Source: Deltaproteobacteria bacterium
GTDB lineage: Bacteria; UBA10199; SPLOWO2-01-44-7
NCBI GenBank assembly: GCA_030648035.1
Contig: JAUSII010000116.1
Span: 1-60,985 of the forward strand
Length of the DNA stretch: 60,985 bases
Direction: 5' to 3'
Part shown: positions 58,796-60,985 of the stretch, piece after piece
Layout of the letters: every line of letters starts with the position of its first letter
Numbering within the stretch: position 1 is the first letter of the stretch
Translations under genes and position numbers: made by a program
Notes under the pieces: generated by a model
The model's input: the letters and a program-made list of their open reading frames with translations, nothing else
Databases searched by the model: none
What the model was told of the DNA's origin: nothing

Positions 58796-60970
58796 ATGAA
58801 AACGACGCCATACTTACATCACATCATTAAGCTGGGAGCCTTACTGTTAATCCCGTGGGTATTCATTTCTTGCGGGGGAGCTGATACTGGATCTTCGGCG
58901 ACAACGGGGACCACGACCGTGACGGGTACCGGTGGATCGGTATCACTCACCGGATCGGTGGAAGAACCCTCCACGGTATCTGCCAGCGTGAGCGTCGGAG
59001 CAAGCGCCTCCAAATCAGTTAATTCCGGATCCTCCGATGAAGGGGCATCGGGTTTCAGCGTCAGCAAGGCTTCGTCAAGTGAACAAGATGCACCCAAACC
59101 CCTTCTCATCGTCAGCAAAGCGACAGTCGAACTCCCCGCCAGCGGTGGCAGTTGCACAGCAAAAACCCCTGGAGGGACGTCTCTGGATACGGGAAGTATT
59201 TCTGCCACTGGAGCCTTCTCCGGTTTGTCCATCGATCCGACCGCCCTCGATACAACAAAACAGGTTCTGATTGATTGCACGACCGCCAATAACAAACGCT
59301 TCACAACCATGTGCGACGCCACTACCACAGACGGCGTGACCAGCATTAATTGCGGCACGATGAATTCCGATTCAACCCTCTCCGTCCAACAGATCTATTT
59401 TCAGGGAGATGCCAATTGTACCCCCGCCGACCCGTCAGCTTGTGCGGCTCAATTTGCCAGCGGTGCTATCAAACCGTTGGCCCTTTTTCAGACATTCCAA
59501 AAAACATATGATGTGAGCTCCACAGCGGGTTCCGACACGGCGGCCAGCGCCATGCAGTCGATGCGCAAGGCCTGGAGAGCGGCCATGGCCAACGGAACGC
59601 CCTCTTTTGGTGATATCAATTCCGCACTCGGAGGGGGAGGCATCATCAACACATGGAAAGCATTCGATCCAGACTTGAGCGCCATAGATATGAGTGCCGC
59701 CATGACCCAGATCCAGAGTTATATGCCAGCCTGTGCCAAAACATTTGCCGACAGCACGACCTTCACGAAATATTCCAGTGCGGGTAGTGCGGGCTGGGGC
59801 GCTGCCGCTCAATACTTTAGCAAACAGACCTCCACAGAACTGGCCAATGGCATTGCCAGGCCGGAAATTTTTCAGGGTGTTATGAACCAATATGCAACCG
59901 ACTATTCGAACGGGAATACCGCCGCTTTCAACACCATGTCCAACGGGGGAGCGGCCAGAATGATGGGACAGATGGCTGGAAAATGCTCTGTGTCTGATCT
60001 CTCTGGAAAATACGATGAGATGCAGAAGATGGTCGATGCCCAAGCTTCCAGTTTCGGCGCACTGACCTCTGCCCAGATGGCCTCCATGGGAGAAGCCTTT
60101 TGCAATACCCTCAAAGGAGCCGACAGCGCGGCCAAACTGTTACTGATCAACAACGATCCGGGATCCTATGCGGGGAGAATGTTTGCCAACCCGGATGCAT
60201 ATACCGGAGCTTCCGGGGGCGACACGGTTGGCAACATATTCACATTAGGCCAGCAGGGTTTCACTTTGACCAACATGGTCCCCTGCCAGACTTCTGATCA
60301 ATGCCCTTCCGGACAGTCTTGCGGCGGATTCAATAATTGCGTCTCTTCAGTCACCTGTAGTTCTTCATGCGGGTTTGGTTCTCTCTGTGCGAGTAATGGC
60401 GCCTGCACTACAGGGTGTTGTGGAAGCGGATGTAGCGGTAATGGCAGTTGCATTTTTCCGGCGGGCGTTTCGGGTGGCGGCGCGGTTTTGAAAGGACTAG
60501 GAGTCGCCTGCACTGCCAACAGCGAATGTTATTCCAGCAATTGTCTCAATAGCACTTGCTCCTACTACGGGGACGCCAGCCTTCTGGCCAATGGAGTGGC
60601 CTGCACCACCAATGGCCAGTGTTCTTCTGGCAATTGTGAAAGTTCCCTTTGTGCCGCGGTTGTGGGCTATCCGCGCACACTTATATGGACCACAAAAGTG
60701 ACTGGCACCACTCCCGATCCATGCGATGGAGGAACTGTCAAATTTAAACTCATTCAAAGCAGTGCTACGGCCGGAATAATGTATCAACATAACGGCGCTG
60801 ATGATTTCAACGGTGGAGATTCGGCCACAGAGAGTGTCATTACCAGTTCAACGGCCAGTGGTGGAAACATCACGGTGGGTTCTGGAGGAGCGGCGGGCAT
60901 AGGAACCTTTGCAACCGCCCAACTCAACCTCAATTACAGCGACATCTGCCTTAGACGCTATACTCCGTGA
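58796..60970 (+). CDS. Large lipoprotein with Cys-rich repeats
   Basis: FISC lipobox-like site; G..C..N..C.S.NC....C repeats near the C-terminus. Confidence 0.85.
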   Translation: MKTTPYLHHIIKLGALLLIPWVFISCGGADTGSSATTGTTTVTGTGGSVSLTGSVEEPSTVSASVSVGASASKSVNSGSSDEGASGFSVSKASSSEQDAPKPLLIVSKATVELPASGGSCTAKTPGGTSLDTGSISATGAFSGLSIDPTALDTTKQVLIDCTTANNKRFTTMCDATTTDGVTSINCGTMNSDSTLSVQQIYFQGDANCTPADPSACAAQFASGAIKPLALFQTFQKTYDVSSTAGSDTAASAMQSMRKAWRAAMANGTPSFGDINSALGGGGIINTWKAFDPDLSAIDMSAAMTQIQSYMPACAKTFADSTTFTKYSSAGSAGWGAAAQYFSKQTSTELANGIARPEIFQGVMNQYATDYSNGNTAAFNTMSNGGAARMMGQMAGKCSVSDLSGKYDEMQKMVDAQASSFGALTSAQMASMGEAFCNTLKGADSAAKLLLINNDPGSYAGRMFANPDAYTGASGGDTVGNIFTLGQQGFTLTNMVPCQTSDQCPSGQSCGGFNNCVSSVTCSSSCGFGSLCASNGACTTGCCGSGCSGNGSCIFPAGVSGGGAVLKGLGVACTANSECYSSNCLNSTCSYYGDASLLANGVACTTNGQCSSGNCESSLCAAVVGYPRTLIWTTKVTGTTPDPCDGGTVKFKLIQSSATAGIMYQHNGADDFNGGDSATESVITSSTASGGNITVGSGGAAGIGTFATAQLNLNYSDICLRRYTP

Positions 60971-60985
60971 GGCTAGAGTCAATGG

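Overview
Bacterial chromosomal segment, probably from an uncultured Deltaproteobacteria-like lineage (inferred from gene content). The left edge carries a diversity-generating retroelement (DGR) on the minus strand: an FGE-sulfatase/CLec-fold target gene with a C-terminal variable region, a perfect 15-bp hairpin, avd, and a reverse transcriptase that runs off the window and is missing from the ORF track. No template repeat is visible in the window. Two type I restriction-modification islands sit at the 3' ends of two tRNA-Ser genes. The second (34267-48282, about 14 kb) looks intact. Its serine integrase is split by its own att site, so the protein should have different C-termini when integrated and when excised. 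The first island (about 8.5-17.4 kb) is decayed and keeps only about 25 nt of a related integrase. A 27-bp motif, GCAAC-TTTTT-N11-CGAWRN, probably an alternative-sigma promoter, precedes the DGR target and three other genes; two of those proteins share an N-terminal DVALS...LDSL leader. Other features are a kdpF/kdpE deletion scar, a cobalamin riboswitch with two lipoprotein genes inserted between pabB and pabC, an unexplained structured RNA of about 210 nt, covarying 25-bp palindromes tied to RhuM sequences, a TA pair, an ice-binding protein, a sigma54-driven Cys-rich lipoprotein, and housekeeping genes (recR, dnaX, ruvX, mltG, ettA, greB, prfC, tadA). All calls were made by eye from the sequence and recalled family motifs; no searches were run.
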